The translations under genes and the position numbers were made by a program. Below the pieces are notes generated by a model. It did no database searches, had not been told where the DNA came from, and saw nothing but the letters and a program-made list of their open reading frames with translations. From Candidatus Deferrimicrobiaceae bacterium (GTDB lineage: Bacteria > Desulfobacterota > Deferrimicrobia > Deferrimicrobiales > Deferrimicrobiaceae): 64,000 nt of DNA. The stretch lies in the NCBI GenBank assembly GCA_963792415.1, contig CAWBVY010000008.1:43041-107040 (forward strand), read 5' to 3'. Within the stretch, counting starts at the first letter, position 1. Every line of letters starts with the position of its first letter. Shown in pieces: positions 1-8,627 of the stretch.

Positions 1-1479
1 TTTCGCACGGACTTGCTCCGGGTGATCGACGACCAGGGGGTCTCCCTGATCGTTGCGGAGGGGACGACACTGCTCGGCGTGTTCGACGTGGACGCCGCCG
101 CGGAAGGGATGAACCGCAAGGACCTTGCGGAACAGCGTGTCGAAGCGATCCGCGCGGCGATCGAGGCGCACAACGAGGCGTTCAGCTTCCGGAGCCTCCT
201 GATCGGCGCGCTCTACGCGGTCCTGGCGACCGCGGTCCTCCTCGGGATCCTGTTCCTCTACCGGTACCTGTTCCCACGGATCTATGCGAAGATCCGGGCC
301 TGGAGCGGGACGCGGATCCGCTCCATCCAGTTCCAGTCCCTGGAGCTCCTGAACGCCGAACGGATCGTGGCGCTTTTCATCGGCCTGGTGCGCTGGTTCC
401 GGATTATCACGACAGCTCTCTTCGTCTACTCCTACCTCCTCTTCGTGCTGAGTCTCTTCCCCTGGACGCACGGGATCGCCGCGGCGATCATCGGGTACAT
501 CCTCGACCCGCTCCGGCGCTTCGCGGCGGCCGTCGTGGACTTCCTGCCGGACCTCTTCTTCCTGATCGTCATCGCTTTCATCACGCGGTACGTCAACAAG
601 CTCGCGCGGTTCTTTTTCAGCGAGGTGGAGAAAGGGAAGATCGTCCTCCCCGGCTTCTACGCCGACTGGGCGACGCCCACCTTCAAGATCGTCCGCTTCT
701 TCATCATCGCCTTCGCGGTGACCGTCGCCTTCCCGTTCATCCCGGGCTCCAAGTCGGAAGCGTTCAAGGGCGTCTCCATCTTCCTCGGGGTCCTCTTCTC
801 CCTCGGCTCCACCTCGACGATCTCGAACGTGATGGCGGGCCTGAGCATCACCTACATGCGCGCCTTCAAGATCGGCGACCGGGTCCGGATCGGAGACACC
901 GTCGGGGACGTGATCGACCAGTCGCTCCTGGTGACCCACGTCCGGACCATCAAGAACGAGGACGTCACCGTCCCCAACTCGATGGTGCTGAACACCCACA
1001 TCGTGAACTACAGCGCCCGGGCGAGGGAGGGGGGGCTCATCCTCCACACCTCGGTCACCATCGGGTACGACGCACCCTGGCGGACGGTCCACGAGCTCCT
1101 GATCGAGGCGGCGCGGAAGACCCCGTGCATCCTCGTGGAGCCTGCGCCTTTCGTGCTGCAGACCGCCCTCAACGACTTCTACGTGACGTACGAGCTGAAC
1201 GCCTACACCGACGAGCCCCGGCAGATGGCGATCACCTACTCGTCGCTCCACCGCTACATCCAGGACACCTTCAACGAGGCGGGGGTGGAGATCATGTCGC
1301 CCCACTACGCGCAGCTCCGGGACGGGAACAGGACCGCGATCCCCGACGCCTACCTCCCGAAGGAGTACGTGCCGCGGTCCCTTCGGGTGGAGATCGTGCC
1401 GGGGGATCGGGGAACGCCGGGAGAGGCGGACGGAGAGCCGGCGGGGAAAGGACCCGAGGGAGCGGGTCCGTCGAAGTGA
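1..1479 (+). CDS. MscS-family mechanosensitive channel, 5' end truncated by window edge
   Basis: Frame is open from base 1; several TM helices, then SNVMAGLSI..RAFKIGDRVRIGDTVGDV and VTVPNS MscS signatures. Confidence 0.9.
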   Translation, partial: FRTDLLRVIDDQGVSLIVAEGTTLLGVFDVDAAAEGMNRKDLAEQRVEAIRAAIEAHNEAFSFRSLLIGALYAVLATAVLLGILFLYRYLFPRIYAKIRAWSGTRIRSIQFQSLELLNAERIVALFIGLVRWFRIITTALFVYSYLLFVLSLFPWTHGIAAAIIGYILDPLRRFAAAVVDFLPDLFFLIVIAFITRYVNKLARFFFSEVEKGKIVLPGFYADWATPTFKIVRFFIIAFAVTVAFPFIPGSKSEAFKGVSIFLGVLFSLGSTSTISNVMAGLSITYMRAFKIGDRVRIGDTVGDVIDQSLLVTHVRTIKNEDVTVPNSMVLNTHIVNYSARAREGGLILHTSVTIGYDAPWRTVHELLIEAARKTPCILVEPAPFVLQTALNDFYVTYELNAYTDEPRQMAITYSSLHRYIQDTFNEAGVEIMSPHYAQLRDGNRTAIPDAYLPKEYVPRSLRVEIVPGDRGTPGEADGEPAGKGPEGAGPSK

Positions 1480-1489
1480 CCCGCGGGAG

Positions 1490-2818
1490 ATGGGAGCGGA
1501 GTTGATGGACATCCGGGAGCGTATCCGGGCGCGCAGTCGAGCCGTGAGGTTGGCCCTTATCGCCGCGGGTGCGGTCGCCCTCGCCGCCCTCATCTGGGCG
1601 ATTTTGCTCCTGAACCCGGTGCCGCCGCGCACGGTGACGATGACCACGGGGGGGGAGGGCGGCGCCTATCACGAGCTCGGGAAGCGGTATCGGGAGATCC
1701 TTGCGCGCTCCGGCGTGGAGGTGCGGCTTCTTGTATCGGAGGGGGGAATCGAGAACCTCCGGCGGCTCTCCGACCCCCGATCGGGCGTCAGCGCGGGGTT
1801 CGTGCAGGGGGGCGCCACCGGGGATGCCGACCGGACGGACCTCGTTTCGCTGGGAACCGTCGCGTACGAGCCGCTCTGGTTCTTCTACCGCGGCCGGAAC
1901 CCCGGAAGGAAGCTGGAGGGATTGCGCGGCAGGCGCCTCTCGATCGGCCCGGAGGGGAGCGGCACGAGGGACCTGGCGGTTACGCTGCTCGCGGCAAACG
2001 GGATCGACCGGGGCGTGGTGCAGCTTCTCCCCCTGAGCGCGTTCGACGCCGGGGAGCAGCTCCTGAGCGGACGGATCGACGCCGCCCTGATGGTCGCAGG
2101 GTGGGAATCCCCCGTCGTGCGGCGGCTGCTCGCCTCGAAAGACGTCGACCTCGTGAGTTTCCCCCGCGCCGACGCCTATACGGCGCTGTACCCGTTCCTC
2201 AACAAGGTGACGGTTCCCGCCGGTGTCGGGGACCTGGCAAGCAACCGGCCGCCCGCGGACGCGGTCCTCCTCGCCCCCAAGACCAGCCTGGTGGTGCGGA
2301 AGGATCTGCACCACGCGATCCAGTACCTCCTGCTCGACGCGGCGGTGCAGATCCATTCCGGGGCGGGGATCTTCCGGAAGGCGGGGCAGTTCCCGGCCGC
2401 CGAGCCGGGCGATCTTCCGTTGAGCGATACGGCGCAGCAGTTCCACAAGACCGGGAGGCCCTTCCTCCAGCGCTATCTCCCCTTCTGGGCCGCCATGTTC
2501 CTGTGGGGGCTGATCCTCCTGCTGATCCCCGTGGTCGGGGCGTTCTACCCGATCTTCCGGATCGCCCCGGCCTTGTACGGCTGGGGGATGCGGCGGCGCA
2601 TTTTCCGGCTGTACGGGGAGCTGAAGTTCCTCGAAGGGGATCTGGAACGGCGCGATTCCGGGGAAGAGGCGGGTGACCTCATGGAGCAGCTGGAACGGCT
2701 GGACGTCCGTGCGAACCAGCTCCAGGTCCCGTTGGCCTACGAGAACCTGCTGTACAACCTGCGGCGCGACATCCAGCTGGTGCGGGAACGGCTTGCGGTG
2801 CGGCGGGCGGGTCCCTAG
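1490..2818 (+). CDS. TAXI-family TRAP solute-binding protein with N-terminal anchor and C-terminal TM/helical tail
   Basis: TGGEGGAY, SEGGIENL, YEPLWFFYR and IGPEGSGTR motifs; hydrophobic segments at both ends. Confidence 0.8.
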   Translation: MGAELMDIRERIRARSRAVRLALIAAGAVALAALIWAILLLNPVPPRTVTMTTGGEGGAYHELGKRYREILARSGVEVRLLVSEGGIENLRRLSDPRSGVSAGFVQGGATGDADRTDLVSLGTVAYEPLWFFYRGRNPGRKLEGLRGRRLSIGPEGSGTRDLAVTLLAANGIDRGVVQLLPLSAFDAGEQLLSGRIDAALMVAGWESPVVRRLLASKDVDLVSFPRADAYTALYPFLNKVTVPAGVGDLASNRPPADAVLLAPKTSLVVRKDLHHAIQYLLLDAAVQIHSGAGIFRKAGQFPAAEPGDLPLSDTAQQFHKTGRPFLQRYLPFWAAMFLWGLILLLIPVVGAFYPIFRIAPALYGWGMRRRIFRLYGELKFLEGDLERRDSGEEAGDLMEQLERLDVRANQLQVPLAYENLLYNLRRDIQLVRERLAVRRAGP

Positions 2819-5800
2819 GGCGAGAGGATGTGGACCGGAGCCTTCAACGTCCTTTCGACGATCCCCAGGAGTCCCTCCCCCACGGCGGCCGGATCCAGCG
2901 GCGTCACCTTCGGGTCGTTGATATCCCCCCGGACGGCGACCGGGATCGTCACCAGCGTCCCGCCGAGGATGTAGCCGAGGACCGGGATCTTCCGGACGAC
3001 GGCGTCCACCGTCCCGAACGGCGAAACCAGCACCTTCAGGTCCTCTTCCCGACGGAGGAAGTCCACCTCGCCGGTTGCCGCGATCCCCATCGACGGCGCG
3101 TCCATCGTCAATTCCCCCAGGAGGAACTTCCCGTCTTTCGCCTCCCCCCGGACGACGAGGGTCCTGTAAGGGAATCCCTCCTTCCCGAGGTCGGGGAGCT
3201 TTCCCCGGAGGAGTTCGGTGACGTTCAGGTAGGAGAAGACCCTCGAGAGGAAGGTCATCTTGTTGATCCGGCCGTCCTTCAACGTCAGTTCCCCCGGACC
3301 CCGGAGGGATCGCAGCAGCGCCTCGCCCGTCCCTTTCCCTGCGAGCCGGACCGACGCGCCGTACGTCCCGGTCAAGGAAACCTTCTTTCCGGACAGGCAC
3401 ATCATCGTCGCCTCGACGTCTTCGCCGGCGGCCGAAACGGCCAGTTCGATCGCCGGGCCGGTGGCATCCAGCGTCAGGGTGCCCAGCGTGGAGACCCCGC
3501 AAAGGTTCGCCTCGGAGAGGGCGAAGCGGAGCCGGTCTTCCCCGATCTCCGCCTCCGCCCGGACCGGCCGCCACGTGAGGCTGCCGTGCGACAAGGAGGC
3601 CGCGCGGAACCGGAGGACGCCCTGGACCGGGAGGCGTGGCGATCCGGGGGGTTTCGCCGTTCCTTCCTGCAGCGACTCCGCCACCCCGGGTGCGCCGGCT
3701 TCCGGTTTCCCGGAGCCTTCCGGCCGGATGCTGCGCGCCAGTTTGTCGACGTCGATGTCCCCCGCGGAGAGGTCGAGGTCCGCGACGACCTTCTCGCCAC
3801 CGAATTCCGCCGTCCCGATCAACGAGAACGGGACGTTGTCCCACGCAAGATCGGACGATGCCACGCGGACTTTTCTTCCTTCCGCGGAAAATGAAACGTG
3901 CCGGATCGCGAGGGGGGCCAGCGGCTTCCACGGGATGGCGAGATCATCCACCTCGAGCGTCCCAAGGGCCGAGGACCGCTCGGGATTTCCGCGGTCAAGG
4001 ACCGCTTCCATCTCTCCCTGGATCCGTTGGCCGGACCGCACTTGGACCGGCACGACCTTCCCGACCGTCGAACTCGAGAGCGTGCCGGTGAACTTCACTT
4101 TCGCCGTTCCCGGTTCGAGGTGGAAGGCTACTTTCGCGTCCGACGCCTCGTCCCGAATCACGAGCGGGTCGACCGACAGCGTCTCCGGGGTCTTCCGGAG
4201 GGAGAGCGAGATGTCCGGTCCCTCTGGCCACGCGAGCGTCGCATCCACGACGACGGCGCCGCCCTTTTCCCAGGAGAACGTTGACCCGGTCACGGTGAAG
4301 GGCGCCTTGGGAGCGTACGGATGCGGGACCTCGATGCTTGCGAATGCCCACTTCGCCGCCTCCGCTTCGACGCGCCCGTGGAGAGACGCGGCGACCTGGT
4401 CGACCCCCTTCCTGTGCCCGCGCACCTGCACCCCTCCCCGGAATGTCGTGTCCAGGAGGGACGCCTCGACGTCCGTGAAGGAGAGCTCTTCCGGGAGGAT
4501 GCGGAATCGACCGCGCGGGATCGTGACGGGGCCGGGCAGCAGGCTGGTATCCACTTCCAGGTTCTCGACGCTCCCCCCGGCCTCGAACCTCCACGCCCCG
4601 GGTTCGCGCAATGGCCCGTCGCAGGACAGCGTCGCGATTTCCGCCACCCCCTGAACCGATCGAACCGGCTTCACCGCATTCCGGATCCCGTCGAGCGATG
4701 CGATCCAGGGGTATACCTCCTCCAGCGCGATGCGCGCCGTGCCGCCGCGGATGGAGATCGCCGGGGGGTTCCCGAGGTCCAGCCGGCCGGTCAGCCCGGA
4801 GAACGTGGACCCGCCCAGGTTTCCCCGGAGATCCGTCACCGCGAAGGAAACGCCGTCGTAGGAGGCTTTTCCCCCGCGGATCGCGATGGGGAAGGGGATC
4901 GGGTCGTACTTCCCGGCGAGGTCCACGCTCGCGAGGGCCACCGTGGGTCGGATCGAAGAGAGGCGCTCCCCGAGGGTCAGGCGTCCGGATGCGGTGCCGC
5001 GCACTCCGTGGACCCGGTCGATCTCCTCGCGGAACCGCTCGTTCCGGACCAGCCGGCGGAGAAGCGGCTGCAATTCCGCGAGGTCGGCGTCCGCCGGGAG
5101 ATCCGCGTGGAACGGCGCGTCGCGCCCCGTGATCCCCATCCGGAGCGTCCCCTCGCGAACGCGGGAGTTCCCGAGGCGGGCCGACAGCCCCTGGCCGGTG
5201 AGGATCCCGCCGGAGAGGGACACCTCCCCGCCGACGTCGACCAGCGTCAAGTCGATCTTCGGCACCGTGAACGTGCTGCCGGCCACGGTCGCCCGGGCCT
5301 CAAGCTTCCGGAGCCCTTCCGTTTCGATTCTTCCGCGGAGGGAAACGACCGTTTCGCGGAGCCAGGGGACGGCTCCCGGTGCGATCCGGGAGACGAAATC
5401 GCGGACGCGGAACCTCGCCGTCTCCACATGGGTGTCCCCGCGAAGACCCTCCGGGTGCAGGCTCGACTCGATCGAAAGGTCCTCCCAAAACCCGGACGTG
5501 CAGCGGAGCTGAAGCGTCATCCGTTCCGGCGGGAAGCCGACCCGGGCATTCAGCTCGCGCAGGGACACGATCGGCCCGTCCCCGTCCGAGATTTCGAGGC
5601 GCCCGTTCCGCACCGTTACGACCATTGCGGGCGCGCTCCTTCGCAGGGTGTCGAGGAGGGAAGAGAGGTTCCCCTCGAACTCCTCCAGGGAGAACGCTTT
5701 TTCGGGCTTCGCCCTCGGGGGGATGCGCACCCGGAAGTCCGGGGCTTCCAGCAGGATGGCGCCGTTGCGAACGGTGCCGCGGAGCAGGGGGATCAGCTCC

Positions 5801-6078
5801 AGGTCGACCTGGAGGGTCGCGACCGTTCCGGCCGCCAGGCCGGGTACGTCGATGGAGGCGCCGCGGACCACTACCCGCGGCCGGGGGAAGAGGGTGACCT
5901 CGGCCCGGGCGTAAGAGAGGTGAATCCCGGTCCTGCGCTCGAGTTCCGCCGTGGCGAGGTCACGGACCGCCTTCGTGTTGAGGAGCAGCGGGCCGAGGAG
6001 GACCAGCGCGGCGAGGAGGGCCAGCAGAATCCCGGTTCCGGCGAGCAGGAAGGTGGAAAGGTGCCTGGATCGCGTCAT
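2815..6078 (-). CDS. AsmA-like / YhdP-type bridge protein (AsmA-like C-terminal domain)
   Basis: N-terminal TM anchor (MTRSRHLSTFLL...), long beta-rich body, C-terminal 'VRKIPVLGYILGG..VRGDINDPKV'; start reassigned to ATG 6078. Confidence 0.8.
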   Translation of the reverse strand: MTRSRHLSTFLLAGTGILLALLAALVLLGPLLLNTKAVRDLATAELERRTGIHLSYARAEVTLFPRPRVVVRGASIDVPGLAAGTVATLQVDLELIPLLRGTVRNGAILLEAPDFRVRIPPRAKPEKAFSLEEFEGNLSSLLDTLRRSAPAMVVTVRNGRLEISDGDGPIVSLRELNARVGFPPERMTLQLRCTSGFWEDLSIESSLHPEGLRGDTHVETARFRVRDFVSRIAPGAVPWLRETVVSLRGRIETEGLRKLEARATVAGSTFTVPKIDLTLVDVGGEVSLSGGILTGQGLSARLGNSRVREGTLRMGITGRDAPFHADLPADADLAELQPLLRRLVRNERFREEIDRVHGVRGTASGRLTLGERLSSIRPTVALASVDLAGKYDPIPFPIAIRGGKASYDGVSFAVTDLRGNLGGSTFSGLTGRLDLGNPPAISIRGGTARIALEEVYPWIASLDGIRNAVKPVRSVQGVAEIATLSCDGPLREPGAWRFEAGGSVENLEVDTSLLPGPVTIPRGRFRILPEELSFTDVEASLLDTTFRGGVQVRGHRKGVDQVAASLHGRVEAEAAKWAFASIEVPHPYAPKAPFTVTGSTFSWEKGGAVVVDATLAWPEGPDISLSLRKTPETLSVDPLVIRDEASDAKVAFHLEPGTAKVKFTGTLSSSTVGKVVPVQVRSGQRIQGEMEAVLDRGNPERSSALGTLEVDDLAIPWKPLAPLAIRHVSFSAEGRKVRVASSDLAWDNVPFSLIGTAEFGGEKVVADLDLSAGDIDVDKLARSIRPEGSGKPEAGAPGVAESLQEGTAKPPGSPRLPVQGVLRFRAASLSHGSLTWRPVRAEAEIGEDRLRFALSEANLCGVSTLGTLTLDATGPAIELAVSAAGEDVEATMMCLSGKKVSLTGTYGASVRLAGKGTGEALLRSLRGPGELTLKDGRINKMTFLSRVFSYLNVTELLRGKLPDLGKEGFPYRTLVVRGEAKDGKFLLGELTMDAPSMGIAATGEVDFLRREEDLKVLVSPFGTVDAVVRKIPVLGYILGGTLVTIPVAVRGDINDPKVTPLDPAAVGEGLLGIVERTLKAPVHILSP

Positions 6079-6088
6079 CGCGGCGGCG

Positions 6089-7255
6089 TCAGAACCAGGA
6101 GTTCCCGAAGACGACGTAGGCGGCCCACTGCTCCGGGCCCCGTGCGACGTCGATCCCCATGTGGAGGCCGAACTCCCGGGCGGTGAGATAGCGAAAACCC
6201 CCGCCGGCGTTCCACACGGTCTCCGCATCCTGCAGGGCGTCGAATCCGTCCGCCGCCTTGGCGATCCCGGCGAACCCGACAAGGCCCCAGCGCGGCGTGA
6301 CCATCCACCGTTCCTCCGTTTCGAGCGTCAGCACGTCGGTCCCCTGATACCGCAGCGCCGGGATCCCCCGCAGCTGAACGAAGGGGAGGGCGTAGAACGG
6401 GGCGTCCCCGTCGACGAACTGCCCGTCGGCGCGGAGCCCCGCGACGACGTTCGGCACCACCGGCCAATACCCGACGGCCTTGGCGCGCAGCTCCCGGTAG
6501 TCGTAGTCCCCGCCGAAGATCCTGTCGAAGACGCCCAGGGACGCCTTCGCGTGGATGCCCCGGTTGGGCGTAAAGAAATTGTCCCTGCTGTCGTATTCGA
6601 GGTACGGGATCAGCCCGCCGATCTTCGAGTTCCCCGTCCACTCCCGGTCGGTGATGCCGGGGATATTCCTCCCCGGCTCGAACGTGATGTCCGAGGAGAC
6701 GAATACGTATCGCAGTCCGGCGAAGAAGTCGCTCCCGGGGATCCGTACGCCGATGTCCTGCAGGAACGGGACCGTCCGGATCTCGACGTCGCGGGAGACG
6801 TCGGATGTTTGCGGCAGGGTGCCGTAAAACGTGAGCTGCAGATCCGCGTACCCCAGTCCGCCGAGGTACCGGATCCGGTCCTCCTTCCAGACCCCGCGGT
6901 GGCCGCCGAAGACGCCCCAGCTCCCGTTTTCCGTCGCGAAGCCCCCGACCGCCGTGAGGCTGGGCGGGACCATGCGGCCCTCCCCGGCGGGCGCCGGGCC
7001 CGGCGGGGAATCCCCTTCCTTCCGGTGGAAGAAAACGACCCCTCCCGCCGCCCCGTACCCCACCGCAGGCTCGGTGATGGGCGCGAGGATCGGGACGAAC
7101 CCCGTCCGGGTCTTGATGAACCGGCTCACGTCGAAGGCCCCGTCCGCCGGATCGGTGAAAAGTTCCTTGAAGGAGGTTTCGGCGGCGGCAGAGGTTGTCG
7201 ACAGGAGAAGAATCGTCGCGGTGAAAACCCCGAGTATCGCGACGCTCCTGCCCAT
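6089..7255 (-). CDS. Omp85/BamA-TamA-like outer membrane barrel protein without evident POTRA domains
   Basis: Signal peptide, YDSRDNFFTPNRG and LRGIPALRYQG motifs, C-terminal FGNSWF; start ATG 7255. Confidence 0.75.
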   Translation of the reverse strand: MGRSVAILGVFTATILLLSTTSAAAETSFKELFTDPADGAFDVSRFIKTRTGFVPILAPITEPAVGYGAAGGVVFFHRKEGDSPPGPAPAGEGRMVPPSLTAVGGFATENGSWGVFGGHRGVWKEDRIRYLGGLGYADLQLTFYGTLPQTSDVSRDVEIRTVPFLQDIGVRIPGSDFFAGLRYVFVSSDITFEPGRNIPGITDREWTGNSKIGGLIPYLEYDSRDNFFTPNRGIHAKASLGVFDRIFGGDYDYRELRAKAVGYWPVVPNVVAGLRADGQFVDGDAPFYALPFVQLRGIPALRYQGTDVLTLETEERWMVTPRWGLVGFAGIAKAADGFDALQDAETVWNAGGGFRYLTAREFGLHMGIDVARGPEQWAAYVVFGNSWF

Positions 7256-7428
7256 GTGCCCGATTATAGCAAGGCCCGCGCCGCGCGGGGGAATCGTGGG
7301 GCGGAGCCGCGTGTCGATCCGGCATGGCGTTCCCTCCCCGGGGGTTGATACTGACACCACGTGCCTGATCGGCGTGTTCCTGCGCGCAAGGGGCCTTGAC
7401 CAAGACCCCGGAAGAAGGAGGAATCATC

Positions 7429-8044
7429 ATGATGAGGATCCCATCGAAGGCGTCCGGGATGTTTCATGTGCCGGGGATCTTCGTCGTCTGTCCTGCTGCT
7501 GGCTGCCGTGGCGTCTCCGCCGCTCGCGTCCGGGGCCGATGACGCGAAGAAGAAGGAGAAGGCCCGCGCGGACATCAACAAGATGTCGGACGCGACCCTC
7601 TCCCGGCTCTACAAGGCGCAGCCGCAGGCCAAAGACCGCCGTCGCGAAAGCGGCGGGGTACGCCGTCTTCAGCAACTTCGGCATGAAGATCTTCTTCGCG
7701 GGGGGCGGCTCCGGCAAGGGGGTCGCCGTGAACAACGCGACGAAGAAGAGGACGTACATGAAGATGATCGAGGTCCAGGCCGGGCTGGGGATGGGGATCA
7801 AGAAGTTCCGGCTGGTATGGGTGTTCGAGAAGCAGAAGGACCTGGACGCCTTCGTCAACTCGGGGTGGGAAATCGGCGGGCAGACGAGCGCGGCGGCGCA
7901 GGCGAGCGGCCAGGGAGTGGCGTTCGCCGGGGCCATGTCCGATCGCTCCGGGAGTCTGGCTCTACCAGCTCACCGACGACGGGCTCGCGCTGGAACTGAC
8001 CGCCAAGGGAACGAAGTATTACAAGGACGAACGACCTGAACTGA
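7429..8044 (+). CDS. YSC84/SYLF lipid-binding domain protein (several apparent +1 frameshifts)
   Basis: RBS AGGAGG then ATG 7429; pieces in different frames join as ..LYKAQPQAK/TAVAKAAGYAVFSNFGMKIFFAGGGSGKG..QAGLGMG../IAPGVWLYQLTDDGLALELTAKGTKYYKD. Confidence 0.75.
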
Positions 8045-8055
8045 GAAATACGCCA

Positions 8056-8085
8056 TTGTATACAACGACGGCATTGTGTACAATG
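8056..8085 (+). promoter_or_regulatory. sigma-70 promoter of the TA operon overlapped by two palindromic operators
   Basis: TTGTAT-17 bp-TACAAT; palindromes TTGTATACAA (8056-8065) and CATTGT-GT-ACAATG (8072-8085). Confidence 0.7.
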
Positions 8086-8113
8086 TGATACAAGACAATC
8101 GGGAGGTGTCGCC

Positions 8114-8332
8114 ATGAGTGTCGCAATATCGATCCGACTCCCTGACGAATTGGCGGAACATCTGAAGGGGATCGCTAAAGAGACGGACCGGCCGAGGTCG
8201 TACATCATACAGAAAGCTATAGAGGTTTACCTGGAGGATTACTCCGACCTGCAGGTCGCGCTTGATCGGCTCCGGGACAAGACCGACGCGGTGATCACCG
8301 GCAAAGAGCTGAAGAAATCGCTTGGCATATAA
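8114..8332 (+). CDS. Ribbon-helix-helix antitoxin (RelB/CopG-like)
   Basis: ISIRLPDEL..L..IAKETDRPRSYIIQKAI RHH pattern; RBS GGAGG; overlaps the toxin gene. Confidence 0.85.
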   Translation: MSVAISIRLPDELAEHLKGIAKETDRPRSYIIQKAIEVYLEDYSDLQVALDRLRDKTDAVITGKELKKSLGI

Positions 8333-8576
8333 AATCGTTTACAAGAAATCGGTATACAGGGATTTGAAGAAATTCGACAAGAAGGAAGCATCCAACCTGT
8401 TGGATCAGATCGAAAACATTTTATCGGAGCACCCCGCGTCTTTTCCCGTCTTGAAAGGGAAGTTCTCCGGTCTGAGAAAATATCGTGTCGGGGATTACAG
8501 AGTTATTTATGTGATTCTCGAAGCGGACGTGGTCATACTTCGAATTGGCCACAGGCGAGACGTCTATAAGAAATAA
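8322..8576 (+). CDS. relE: RelE/ParE-family toxin
   Basis: LKGKFSGLRKYRVGDYRVIY..ILRIGHRRDVY; TTG start overlapping the antitoxin. Confidence 0.9.
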   Translation: MAYKIVYKKSVYRDLKKFDKKEASNLLDQIENILSEHPASFPVLKGKFSGLRKYRVGDYRVIYVILEADVVILRIGHRRDVYKK

Positions 8577-8627
8577 GCCGATTCATGAAATCGAACCGGT
8601 AGCGCCCGGTTCCGCCCTGTTTGGGTC

